A stretch of DNA of 62,854 nucleotides, filler included, from Dugesia japonica (taxonomy: Eukaryota), in the NCBI GenBank assembly GCA_001938525.1. It is 6 parts of 6 records of this genome, joined end to end, with 100 filler letters (N's around TTAATTAATTAA, not from the genome) between each part and the next. Parts side by side here need not be neighbours in the genome. Positions count along the whole stretch, not along the records: positions 11,741 to 20,275 come from MQRL01590040.1; positions 20,376 to 32,807 come from MQRL01578586.1; 4 more parts are not named here. One strand, written 5' to 3'. Below the pieces are notes generated by a model. It made no database searches, was not told where the DNA came from, and was given only the letters and a program-made list of their open reading frames with translations. Every line of letters begins with the position of its first letter. Position 1 is the stretch's first letter. Below, one piece after another: positions 13,585 through 25,859 of this stretch. The translations under genes and the position numbers were made by a program.

Positions 13585-14400
13585 TAAACGTCGACCACTA
13601 TAGTGGTGGACAGAATCGAACAATACCGTTCTAAAATAGTGTTGAAAACATTCAAACCATTGACTTTAACGAACCGACACCACATAAACTCACGTGTAAA
13701 AATCGAGCATGTCTTTGTGCTCTATTGTACCGCTTGTTTCTCTCTTGCAGATTTCCAAGTACGTTCAATGCGTTAAGTTCGGATTCACAAACTTAACCGA
13801 CTGTTTGATGAGTCGATCCAGGAATTGTGCCCATTCCATTGTATGGTCTTCATTGATCTGTTGTGTACTTGAATAATCAGCATAAGTTCATGATCTAAGT
13901 GCTGATCTATCTTGCACACAAAACATGAAACACTCACTAGACTCGTGACAAATTCCGCCAAAAACCCATTGTGTGGTAAAACTCATCCGATGTGATTCTT
14001 ACGGCGCGTAAACAGACTCTCGTCGATTTTAACTGTTGTCATAGGTCCTCCAATAATAACAGGATTTTGTAATAGTGTATTAGCACATACCACCCGTAGG
14101 TAATTGTTCCAATCAATAACTGTTTGCTGTGAAATGTCCAATTCAGATTCGCAAAATTTAATGCTTATCATCTCTTTCAAGCAGCAGTATATGAAAAGAA
14201 TGATCTGTCTGTAAGTGAGACGTGATCCCTCTAGCCAAGTGTCCCGCCATACAGGGATATCGTGCCGGCACTAAGTGTGGTGGCATCTCCAACGATAAAA
14301 TAATTATATGGTTGTTAGCACAACTTGTACAAGCATGTATAATACCGTATTGCTGTAGAAACAAGACGTTATTCGCTTTATCATAAACTAATGCTGAAAT
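13585..14400 (-). mobile_element. Merlin (IS1016/IS1595-like) DNA transposase pseudogene
   Basis: TVIDWNNYLR..C, IIGGPMTTVKIDESLFTRRKNH.G, VFGGICHES.ECFMF.V.DRSA, SAK.RNKR, EFMWCR. Confidence 0.85.
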
Positions 14401-15495
14401 TGTCAAAAGATACATGGCGTCTAGAGAAGCATGTTTTACTAATAAACCGGATATAACAGCATAGATAATCAATAAAATCAAACTTAATAATCAACTAAAA
14501 AAAATGTGGTGAAATAAAATTAAAGTACCATTTTTATATGTAACCTTCAAAATATTGATTTATATATATATATTCATTAAGTTGGCAAGAGAGTAATGTC
14601 ATTTTCGCAAGCATTATAAAGAAATTAGCTCTTAATTCAGAAATTATCAACATCAAAAATCTTGTATTGTCAGTTTAAACTACATGTTTGCTAACTCTTG
14701 AATATTATTACAGATATTATCGATCTATTCCGTTTAAAACCAGTACAGTAAACTGAGTTTAAAAGCAACACTCTTCAAGCGAAAATACACGCTCATAGAG
14801 AATTCTTTTCGTTACAGTTTTGTGTAATTTGAAAATTTCACCTATAAAATACTCTGCTTAAAGAGAACAATCACCGGTCCCACTGATGTTCTCTTTAAAC
14901 AGAATTCACTAAATTTTCACTTAAAGATCGAACTCTATGACGAAAATCATGAGTAACGCCACGTTGACTACCAAAAATTTGTGTACCGTTTTTAAATGGT
15001 CAGATGCAATACAGGCCAAAAAAGTTCAACAATGGGTTTGGACATTTCTTTGAGGAGAAATTTGAATTTAATAGATGATACAAGTTTCCGCACGTCCGGT
15101 AGGTGTTGTTAATAATGTTTTTCAGGCCATGCTTTCAAAACTTCCGTTAGCAACAGAAAACGCAATCGAAAATTATTTTTGATATTAACAAGTCTTTGCG
15201 GTTTAGAAATTTGATAAATAAATTTTAGTTACATTACTTTCTTACTTGCCAATCTAATAAATAATGTTTAACAATTTTAAAATTAACAAAAATAACAAAG
15301 ATAATTTAATTATGTAATGTTGATTAAAAAAATAACTGCAATTGCTCATTGTAATCGAAAAATTTAAATTATGTAATATCATGTTGATTCCCAAAAAGTA
15401 CTAAAAATCAAATTCAATGTATAAACATTCGCTACATTAATAAAATGACAAATTTCAAAATTTAAATCATGACAGAAAATTGAAATTAATTTTAC

Positions 15496-16026
15496 CTTCA
15501 ATGGTTGAGGACAAGATAGTGAAGTATTTGGTGCATTTCCTTTGTCAGTTTGATTATCACGTATACAAAGATTATTTTCAGGATACAAATCACAAGACAT
15601 TGATGGTGGCCACTAAAAATGAATTTTATAATTATATCCATAAAATAATGTAGTTACCTTAAAATAAAATTTTTTCAAAATAGGTTCACACGCTTTTTTA
15701 ATTTGTAAGCATAAGGAACGACAAGGAGGTAATGCTTTCTTCATTATAGTACAAACGGGGAAATACAAAGAACAAAGAAAAAGTTGTAAAGAAGAATGAC
15801 ATTTAATACGCATTAAGGGTATATACTCATTGATTTCTATAGCTGCTTCATCTTGTGTTGAATGATGCATATGATTTGGAAATATGGTCATTTGGTACAA
15901 TAATCCTTGACACGCTGGTACTTTAATTTTCTCGCAATTTGGTTGATTATATGGATCATTAACAGCTCGAATATTATTAATAAATACAAAAACAAATAAA
16001 ACTATTAAAATATATTTAATTAACAT
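15496..16026 (-). CDS. Frizzled-family gene (signal peptide plus cysteine-rich domain, Fz1/2/7-like); exons 16026-15658 and 15612-15496
   Basis: Signal peptide, CEKIKVPAC..TIFPN..FLCSLYFPVCT..ALPPCRSLC. Removing the 45-bp GT-AG intron (15657-15613) restores FK|WPPSMSCDLYPENNLC. Next donor AAG|GTAAAA at 15495. Confidence 0.92.
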
Positions 16027-16649
16027 ATTAATCTGTAATTATGTTGTTTGTTATATTAATTATTAGAATAAATAAACAAATTGTGTAAAATAATAAATTA
16101 AATGTGATTTAAAGGATGTAAAAACAATTAAAGGTCCAACAAACTTTGCTTGAGTTTTAAAGTAGTATCTTTTAGTTTTAACTTAAATATTTATATACAC
16201 TTAACAAAAATAATTTAATTATAAAATTTATTTTTATTTCAAAACATTAAAAATACTCAATTTATTATCTTCAAAATTTTAAGTTCTAAAGCAATCTGAT
16301 TCAACAGGTATGAATTGTCATACCAATTGATTTAATGGGGAAATAAAAGACAAAAATTTTCAATATTGTTGATATTTATCAGGAATAATTTAGACTTGAC
16401 TGCTAAAACTATTTTTAATTTGTAAATGTTTAATATTGTATTAGTTTTTCCTTTCTAGTGCTTGCTTAACGTTTCAATACGGACTTACAAAATTGCCTTA
16501 AATACATTGAAATTCAAAATTGTAATTTATATTCAGATAAAATGTCGTATACATTTAATTTAAGAGGTTTGAAATTGATAAAATGGCAAATCCTAACTGA
16601 GAGCTATAATTTTTAATGAATGTACTAGTTTTTCAACTATGATTTGATT

Positions 16650-18600
16650 TTTTCTGTTTTTTTGAATGTTTTGTCTCGATTGTTAGTTGGCTTTGTAAAT
16701 GTATTACATTTTGTTGTCGATTCTAATTCTAGTCATCAGCTTTCCATATTTGATAAATAACTACCATCTTTATTGAGGCTCATTTATGATTTCTTCTAAC
16801 AGATCTATGGTTTGAACCCTATAAAAAGAGGTCAGTAAAGCTAGAATTCAGTCTGAGTTGTTATTTGACAAAAATATATATATCATCAATTCGCATATCC
16901 AATTGTGATCAATTTGTTAATGCTAGTGAGTGTAAAACCTAACTTTAATAAACAAATCACTGGCTCCTATTAAATTATTCGGTGTGTAAGTTTATTATTC
17001 CTAGACATTGCGTCATCATTTAAATTATATTCTCCTTGTTTACAATTACAATTACTGCGATAGTAATTGTTGGACGCAGGCATTAATTTTTTTCCGATTT
17101 CATTAAAATAAAAGCTTCGATCAAATTTTCTTTGCTTTTTAATATTTTGAATTTTTTATTTAGCCTTCATCAGGAACTAACTTTCCAGACGAAGATTAAG
17201 TCGAAAATTCGAAATATTATTGAAAACAAAAAAATGGATCAAAGCGTTTATTTTAATGATATTCTTCTTCTCTGTATTCCATAGCCTAAATTGTGGAGTA
17301 ATCTGTTTTTTCGTATAAATCATAAAAATTATAACTTTTGATCAATTCAAAGTTTAAATCTTTTACCGTATAAATAGTGTTTGTAATGTTTCGTTAAATA
17401 ATATTTTGCTAGAAGCTTGTTTCTAGTTATACAAAAACTTAATTCATTCTTACTCATTTCTTTTGATCCATAATCTAAAACCCGTTCAATACCTTGCTCA
17501 TCTAACTGTGATAATACTCCACCAATTTTGTCAATGCTAGCATTTGATTCTAATATAAATTCTTTAAATAAATCTGGATAAATAGGTATAGAAGCTTTTA
17601 TTAATTCTCGTTTTATAACTTCAAAATTTTGTTTTCATTATTTGACCAAATTAATTAATTTTTATTGTTTCCACATAAACCTTTTACTATCCTCGAGTTT
17701 TTTAAATAATCTTTGATAAATTTTTTGTAAAAATTTGTACGTCCTAAAAATTCACAAAGTTTTTTCAAACACTTAGGTTCAAACTCTTTAATTGGTTTTA
17801 TCTTTTCTGGATCTGTTTTTGAACCATCTTTAGAAATGATATGACCCAAAAACTTAATCAGAAAATAATTTCAAACCTGAATTTTTTAATTGATTAAAAC
17901 ATTTTCCAATCTTTTGTATGCTTTTTCTCGATTTTAGAAAGTATCAATATATCACCAAAATAAATAATTGTTTCCTTCTAATTTAATGGTCGTAACCCTT
18001 TTTTCATTAATTTTTGAAATGTTGCTGGTGCTGAAGCTATTCTAAATGGCATTTGGATGAGGCAAAATTGACCAAACTTTGAAGAAAATGCCGTTTTGTA
18101 TTTTGAACTATCCTCTAATTTTATCTGATAATATGCATTACCCAAATCTATCGTTGTTAAATATTTTGATCCATTCAAAATGTCAAGCATTTCTCTTATA
18201 TTTATTATTGGAAACAATCGTCTCTCAGTTAAAGTTTTCAATAATCTAAAATCCAATCCAATTCTATCGTCATTTTTCTCTTTCATCCAAACACAAACTA
18301 TTGAACTATTCCACTCAGAATCACATTGTTTAATCATACCCTTTTCTTCCATTTTTAAAATAGACTAATTAAGTTTATCTTCTAAATGAATAGGTTGTCG
18401 CCTAGGATTTACTACAACTCGATCACCGTGGGTAACAATTTCATGTTTTAATAGTGTTGTCTTACCTACATCCCATTTATCTTGAATAAAACTTTTTGAA
18501 AATCGTTCAATTATATCATTTATATTTTTATTTCCTTCATTTTAAAAGTTCATTGTTTTTATTTCCCATATTTTTTTATCAATATAATTTAGCATTTTAA
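16650..18600 (-). mobile_element. Degraded Ty3/Gypsy pol (RT, RNase H, integrase traces)
   Basis: DVGKTTLLKHEI, SEWNSSIVCV, LDFRLL, TIDLGNAYYQI, KTAF, MPF.IASAPATFQ, FLGHIISKDG, FLG.TNFYKKFI, PILFYPDL.KEFILESNAS. Confidence 0.9.
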
Positions 18601-18609
18601 ATTTTTGTT

Positions 18610-20200
18610 GGGGTTCCACTTGAGTTGAGTGATGAAAACTTGAGGCTGGGTAAAAACAGCCCTCAGGGAGCCCCTTCAAGAATTTACCTAAAGTCACTTA
18701 TTTAGGTTATCAGTGTAGAGCGGTTGACCTCTTACTTTATGAGAGGTGCACACCCGTACACCTTTAATTATGGTTCCGCTATTTCCCTTATCTTACACAT
18801 AAAATTTAAACCAAAGGTACTCGAAAACATATATTAAGATGGCATTTATATCTCGTCTAATACGCCAGGGTCTAACCACTGGTCTGGATCGGTTATCAAA
18901 AAATTGAAGGCAGCGGCGTCGTCATCATCGTTCCATTGTTCCCAAGTGGGGTGGTTGAGTTGGCGAGAGATATCGGATATATATTGCTTGAGGAAGTCAA
19001 TTTTCCTCTACAGCAACAATTTGTTTTCGTCTTCTAACGCTTTGGTCTGCCTTGCCAGGTCATTTTGTTTTTTCACAATCTGATCAAGTTTCTTGATCAG
19101 ACGATCTCGTTGGTTCAAATGTTTGATCAGGGCTTGGTCGGTTTTCCGCTTTAGATGACGTTCTAATAATAGGCGGCTCAATATGCGATGGCATCTGCGG
19201 ATACTATTGGGTAAGGGGATGTGAGGCACTAAAATAAATTAAATTAATATATAGGCAACTTAGCAATAATTATCAAACGCTACAACAATAACTGATTTCA
19301 CAAGAACGATTAAATGATACATTTATTTATGAAAACGAGTGGGGTCATGTCCGAGGGGTTTGAGTGCTTTTCTCAATCATCAAAGGCTCGAGAGTATCCT
19401 TTCCCTGAGGTGTAAGACATCGTCAACCAGTTTATTCTCTCGGTCATGGCTGGACCGGATGATTTCCGCAAAAGACTCGACCTGTTTCTTCCATACTCGC
19501 TCCTGCAAGTGGGAGGCCTCGGCTTCCTTTTTAAAGGCGATACACTTTTTCTTGTACCGAAATACCTTACTATTCGTGGCGGCTATTTCTGCCTCCCATC
19601 GTCATTTTGCAAGACGGTAGAGTTCCCAAGTCATTTCTTGGTCCTCGCTGGTGTCTCTCAATTCTTATTTGGGAGCTGAAGGACGGATCAAAGAGGAATG
19701 CCCTAAAATATTATTATTACAATTATTGAAGCACACAATATTTAAAAATGCATCCTCATATTAATATAGAACGAAATTTTCTTTTAATGAATTAACGCAG
19801 AAATGAAACAGATTATCAGTAAGAAAAGACACTTATTTATTTATAATTCTAAGTACAAACAAAGTGATCATTGCGAATCAGTAATGGTGTCAGTATTAGG
19901 AGCGGCGTTCTCGACATCGTTATCACCGGAGGGTTCTCTCACGCTCCAGAGTAAGTTGGAGATGAAAGCCTGTACTACTAGGGGTGGGGCCGGAGATTGA
20001 TAATTAAACGACGTAGTATGGTTACGCGCTGGTGCGTTCCATTGTTGGAAGTTTATTCTTGTCGCCACTGTCGCCTCGATGGGTGGTAAATTTGACCTAT
20101 CCACCAAAATACCTGCATCTCGGTTATGCGAGTTATAGTGGCGTCTAAAAATTACCCGACGAGTCCTCCGATCTATTACCTGTTCCCAAACGGATTCCAT
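18610..20200 (-). other. GC-rich cassette A: ORF 20200-19868, acceptor-led ORFs 19702-19380 and 19228-~18848, and a hairpin cluster at 18610-18761
   Basis: Three GC-rich blocks separated by AT-rich spacers. The second and third begin right after ttttag and encode coiled-coil-like peptides. The cassette abuts the Gypsy RT remnant on the same strand. Confidence 0.6.
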
Positions 20201-20469
20201 GTTTATTTAAAAGGTAATATTAATTATTACTAAAAAAAATTCATATATGATAAAGTTATAATGAGAAAATTATAGNNNNNNNNNNNNNNNNNNNNNNNNN
20301 NNNNNNNNNNNNNNNNNNNTTAATTAATTAANNNNNNNNNNNNNNNNNNNNNNNNNNNNNNNNNNNNNNNNNNNNAGAATTAATTGATTTAGTAAATTCA
20401 AGTAAATGCAAATCAATAAAACTAAATGGTCAAAACTATTAGATTGGTAGATAGGTTTAAGAAGAAATA

Positions 20470-20740
20470 AAAAATAAAATTAAAGAAGGGGTAATAATTC
20501 TATTATTAGCATTAACACCAGGTATAAATGCTGGTTTAGCATCAACAGCTGGAATAGCTTCAACTGTAAGTAATTCGAGAGATGCAATTAAAAAACAAAA
20601 CGAAACTGAATTAGTAAAATTACAGAAAAAGGAAAAATTAATTCAAATAGAAAAATTGGAAAAAGAAAGTTCATATAAAACTAGTTCAGGTTTAGATTTA
20701 TATCTAAAACCTTATCAAGAAAGTGCAATACATAAATATT
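20470..20740 (+). pseudogene. Polinton/adintovirus pX-like Gly/Ala-rich membrane-active protein C-terminus
   Basis: GVIILLLALTPGINAGLASTAGIASTVSNS, then a charged helix, then GLDLYLKPY. This matches the G.LYLKPY-ending core protein I recognise from animal Polintons. Confidence 0.6.
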
Positions 20741-20859
20741 TAAAAAATAGTTTGCCAAATTCAGAATTAAAGATGATTACTAAAAACTTTAAAAATGGAG
20801 TAAAAGTTGATGGTTTGTATTTAAAACATGTTAATTGTTCATGATAATCCTAAATAAAA

Positions 20860-21600
20860 TGTGTAATGAAAAAATATTGGCAAGAATAAAACTTTTGAAA
20901 GATTTAATTAAAGCTCAAGATGATTTTAATAATTTATTTACTAAAGGAGTAATTGAATCAAAAACTTTACAAGATACTTTAACTTTGGAACAACAATCAA
21001 CTATTAAAGCTATTGAAAAATTTAGTAAAAAACCAGATTTGAAACTTGATTCACAACTTAAAAGTCTTTTTGAAAATAGAATACCATTTTTTCAAGTACT
21101 ATTTTAAATACTGAAATTTTAAAATCTGCAACAATTAGACATATATTTGATACTGAAGTTAATTTTTATAAAAGCTTTCAAAGTATAATTTATCCTAATC
21201 TTAAAAGATCACTAACAGTAATATATTTATTCGAAGAAAATGGAAAAGAATACCTTTTAAATAACCAAGAACTAATTCCTTTTTCTGAAGAAGTAATGGA
21301 AGTAATGGTCCAGAAGCAAAAGATATTTATTTAAATAAATTTAATATTGCAGTTTATCATAGACCTGATTATTATAAATTTTTAACTGAAAAAAAACTTT
21401 AAAAGTACTTAAAAAGTTCTTTAAAAAGAAATCCAAAGGCAAAGTTTTCAAAAATCCAATCTAAAATGATCCAATAACTTTATTTGAAAGATTAACATTA
21501 TTAATTTCAGCAGTAAAAGCTGGTCATAACACAAAGAAATTAAATCCGTTTGTCAAGAAGTATTATACAAAGAATTAATTACCAAAGAAAAATATAATGT
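20860..21600 (+). pseudogene. Conserved Polinton/adintovirus core ORF of unknown function
   Basis: C-terminal NDPITLFERLTLLISAVKAGHN (~21465-21530) matches the DP..L..RL.LL....AG.N motif; frameshifted. Confidence 0.65.
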
Positions 21601-21649
21601 TTATGAAAATAAATATTTTTGTTAAATAAAATTTCTCATTAATTTGTAG

Positions 21650-22305
21650 TTGTTTGACAAGAATCTAATTTAGAAGTTGATTTAAAATTTTCAATAGATT
21701 TAGATTCTGACTATGAAATGGGATTATTATGTTTTAATTGTTATAATATAATTTTTAATGTTACTAGTAAAAATAATACTTTTATATTGAAACAAGAACA
21801 AAGACGTAAGGAGTCAGGTGCTTATAAAATTAAAGAAATTTCTCGTAAATTAAAAGATCATGGAATAGAAGTTACACCAGATCTTTCAACAGCAAAATGT
21901 AATTTAATTACAAAACATACAATCAAATTTGATGATAATTTCTTTTTTCATACAATCCTGGGTTTTTCACTTATAGAATACTTACCAGGATAGTATTATT
22001 CTGAAAATAAGATTGATATTTTAAAGATTAATATGATAAATATAACTTATAATTTAGTTAAAGGTAATTATATTAATTCCAACGAACATGCAACTCCATC
22101 AAATTTATTATATACTTTACCTATAAATTCTGTAGGTTTTGGTTATAAAATTATAGAAAGACTTTATCCTCCAATTTATTCAAGATTAAACTTTAGGTAT
22201 ATTGATTCTTTAAAATTTAGTGCTGTAGATGAAAATAATAATCCAATAGATTTTAATGGGCAAACTATTTCTTTATTAGTTCATATAAGAAAATGTCCTA
22301 CGTAA
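21650..22305 (+). pseudogene. Minor capsid protein (penton, single jelly-roll) of a Polinton/adintovirus-like element
   Basis: IDLDSDYEMGLL..YNIIFNVTSKNNTF, GAY.I.EI, ILGF, INITYNLVKGNYIN, GYKIIER..PIY, DENNNPIDFNGQTISLLVHIRK. One in-frame TAG at 21991. Confidence 0.85.
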
Positions 22306-22313
22306 AGTCGTAT

Positions 22314-22710
22314 ATGATTTCTAAAAACCTTTGGAATAAATACTAAAACTAATTTTGATTTATATTCTATTACAGATTTTTTAAATTTAGAAGTAGAAAT
22401 ATTAATGAAAGATGAAGTCAAAAATAAAAAAGGAGAACCATGGTTCCCCAAAAATAATAAGTATATTTTTAATTATCAAAATACAAATTAAAAAGAAAGT
22501 CATTGGGTTGCTTTTTATCATGGTTATTATTTTGATTCTTATGGATTAAATCCTTTCAAAAAAATTGAAAAACATGTAAATAAATATAACAAATTTCAAG
22601 TTCAACCTTTTGAAATTAGTATTTGTGGAATATTATATTTATATTTTTTATGCTCTCTTCAACATCCCAAAGGGCCCCAAACATTTGATAAAATTATTAA
22701 TGAATTATAT
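22314..22710 (+). pseudogene. Adenain (adenovirus-type/Ulp1-like cysteine maturation protease)
   Basis: TNFDL, IFNYQ, SHWVAF, YYFDSYG..P, QVQ, SICG (catalytic H, D, Q, C). In-frame TAA at ~22489. Confidence 0.85.
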
Positions 22711-22994
22711 ATTACCTTACTACAGTCACAACTTTTTTAGATTTTTAATTTTTGAATTTGTATACTGCGGTAAACACTTTTTTCATTTTTGATTTTTAAC
22801 TTCTGATTTTAGAAATTAATTGTACAATTTTTTCATTTTAGATATTTTCAATTTTAATTTTAGAAAAAGCGAACCACAGTTCGCATTTTTATAATAAATT
22901 ACATTAAAACTTCTTTCAGTCATTAGCGCTAGTAAACTACAATTTAATTGTCCTGTTAATTTATCCAACATTAAATGCCACTGCTTACAATAAA

Positions 22995-25830
22995 ACTTAT
23001 TTCCATGAGGCCAAGTTCTTATTCCATTACATTCAATTATTCTTTCTATAATTATGGTGTTGTTGGTATTTTGTATTTAGAATGTATTTTTTTTATTTTC
23101 ATTCCTAAAGATTTATACAAATCCAGTGTTGATCCTAGAATAATGTAATTGCTTTTATCAAATTGATTCAAAGTTAATTTAATATTTTCTTACTCAATTT
23201 TTTATGAAATGATAATTGATATGGACTTAACATTTCATTTGTAATATTAATTTTATCTGGAGCTAAAGGAAAGTATTTGTCTATTCATGAATTTCTGGTC
23301 GATATTCTAAATCCACTTCATAAATATAATTCATTACATCTATTGATCAAGTATAAATTAAATCCTGGCATTCAAAATTTTCACCTGTTGGTAATGGCTT
23401 AGTCATACAAGATGCATATAATAAATATTTTATAAATGTTTCTTCTTTCCAATCTATTGGAGCCACTTTATTTTTTATAAATGAAAATAATATATCACCT
23501 ACTTGTGCTTTATTTAATTTTCTAGTTTTTCCAAATCTAGGATTTGATTTTTTATTATTTGAAAAATCTTGTCTCACACCACATACACCTGAAAACTCAC
23601 CTCTAATACCTTTTTCCATTTTCAAAGAAATATCATAAGTTTCTTTTTTTGCATATTTTAATTTTACTTTAGAATAATTCATACCTGTTACCCAAATATA
23701 TCCTGGAGCAGAATATGTATAACTAGGATCTAATTGAAATATATTATTTAAACTTTTATCTCTAAAGTTTTCAATAAAATTTGCTAGAATAATTACATCT
23801 AATTCCATATAATGTAATATGTATTCTAATAAGTTTTCAAAACATTGTAAAATTCATTATAATCTTGTTCTGTTATTTTTTGTTCTTTAAGAGTATTGAA
23901 AAAATCTTGTTGAGTTGGAATTTGATTACTTTTAAATAAATTAATCACCTTATTTCCATTTTGTCCTTTTACATATTCATAAGGAAATGATATTTTCTTT
24001 GGAACAAGATTAAAAGATCTTAAATGATTATAGTTTGATGATTGTAATAATAATTTACCCATTGTATCAATAGATGTAAAAAAACATAATCTTGCTGAAT
24101 CTAGAAATCTAATATTTTCATATTGAAATGAAATGATAAACTTTATCTGTATGAGGAATTATTTTTTAACTTTACTTGGATATTTTGCTAATAATTCTTT
24201 TAAAAATAAATGATCATCATAACCTGATGCATTGTGAAAATAAAACTGAATAAATAAATACTTTATAGATTTATCTTGCAAATTACACTTTGAATGAGCA
24301 TAACCTCTAAATTCTCTATGAAAATGATCATGATCAATTACTAGATTTTCAGTTATTAACTTTTCACAACATCTACGTTTTAGGTGAGCTTGCTCACTTT
24401 CATAAATACCTAAATACTTTGTTAATAATTTATTTTCTTTTATATCAATTAATTTATTATTAATCGCTTTTAAAAATTCAAAAAACTGATCAAGAAGGTT
24501 TTTTTCATGAAATTCGTTATATTCTTTTTGCATTAAAGGTTGATATTTACTTACTACATAAATTCCAAGTGATAAAAGGTTTTTTTTAGTATTAATATTA
24601 GTCCAACTTTCAAAATCATCATAAACTACAAAAGGCATTTTCATTTTTTTAATAATAATTTTGAAAAGAATAATATTCATGTTTTGGAAATACAATATTA
24701 CTAATTTCATGATTGATACATTCATTTTAATGTTTTGTTAATAAATTTTCACTATGATAACAATTCATACATCTAATACATAAATAATTTTTATTTCTGT
24801 TTGTTGAAAATGTTCTTGCACATCTCTACACAAAATATAATGATTTTTATAAACTAATAAATTACATTTATTTTCCTCAAGTTTAGGATTTGTTTCATAA
24901 TGAGAAATATATAGAGGTTCGATTTTTGTAGAGTTGGTTACTTCAAATAAATTTATTTTCCAATTATTCAATTTTTTAACATCATCAATATTTACAGGAA
25001 ATTTAATTTCATTTGTTTTAAATTCATTTAAATAAGAAATATATTTTTAAACTCTAGTTGGATGATCAAGTCTATATTTATGATCCAAAATTGAATAGAG
25101 AAAACATTTTTTATCTTTATTCGGAATATTAATTACACCTGGTTTTGAAAATGGTAGTTTTCGATATGAAGAACCAGNTTTAGATTGATATTTAGAAAAA
25201 TTCGATTTTATAATCAACAATGTAATTTAAATTACATCCAGATTCACTTCGATCTTCATCTTCAATATATCTTTGTAATTCATTTATAATATCATTTACA
25301 CCATTATTAATTTCTTCTTTAGTTATAAATTGTCTATTCTTTGAATATGAATTATAAATTCTTTCAACATATTTACAATTTACTTCTAATTATAATTACA
25401 ATTTACACTCATACAAACATTAATCTTTCTACCATAATTAAAATACTTGGTAATAATTTTAGTTATTTCGGTTTGAAATTCATTAATCATTTTTTTCGAG
25501 ATTTTCAACGTTTTTGGTTAATTCAACATTACTATCTTTAAAATATTCAATTTCATCATCTTTGGACATTTTAAAGATGTCACGAGTTTCTGGATTATAA
25601 TCAATTGCATATTTTCCATGAAGTTGATCAAATAATAATTTGTTAACCATTTCTTTATGTGTCTTTGAATTGTAGTGAGCTTTTGTATGATTTGGATACA
25701 AAAACGTTTTCTTACAAATTTTACAATATAAAGGTACTTTGTGTGGATTTCCTCAAATTGTTGAATTCAAATGTTCTTGTAATTCAACTTCCGAACGAAA
25801 TGATATAAAACATTTTGAACATCTAAATCT
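22995..25830 (-). pseudogene. pPolB with N-terminal C2H2 zinc fingers and an endonuclease-VII-like insert; palm core deleted
   Basis: CSKC..H and CKIC..H..SKTH fingers, GSSYRKLPF, VINI.NKDKKCFLYSIL, PFVVYDDFES, DHDH...FRGYAHSKCNL, FHNASGYDDH, FLDS, FPYEY, LDVIILANFIENFR, EKGIRG, YEVDLEY, FPLAP, then the C-terminal GIRTWPHG. Confidence 0.92.
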
Positions 25831-25859
25831 TCTTAAAGTTGGAATACAACATCTAAATC

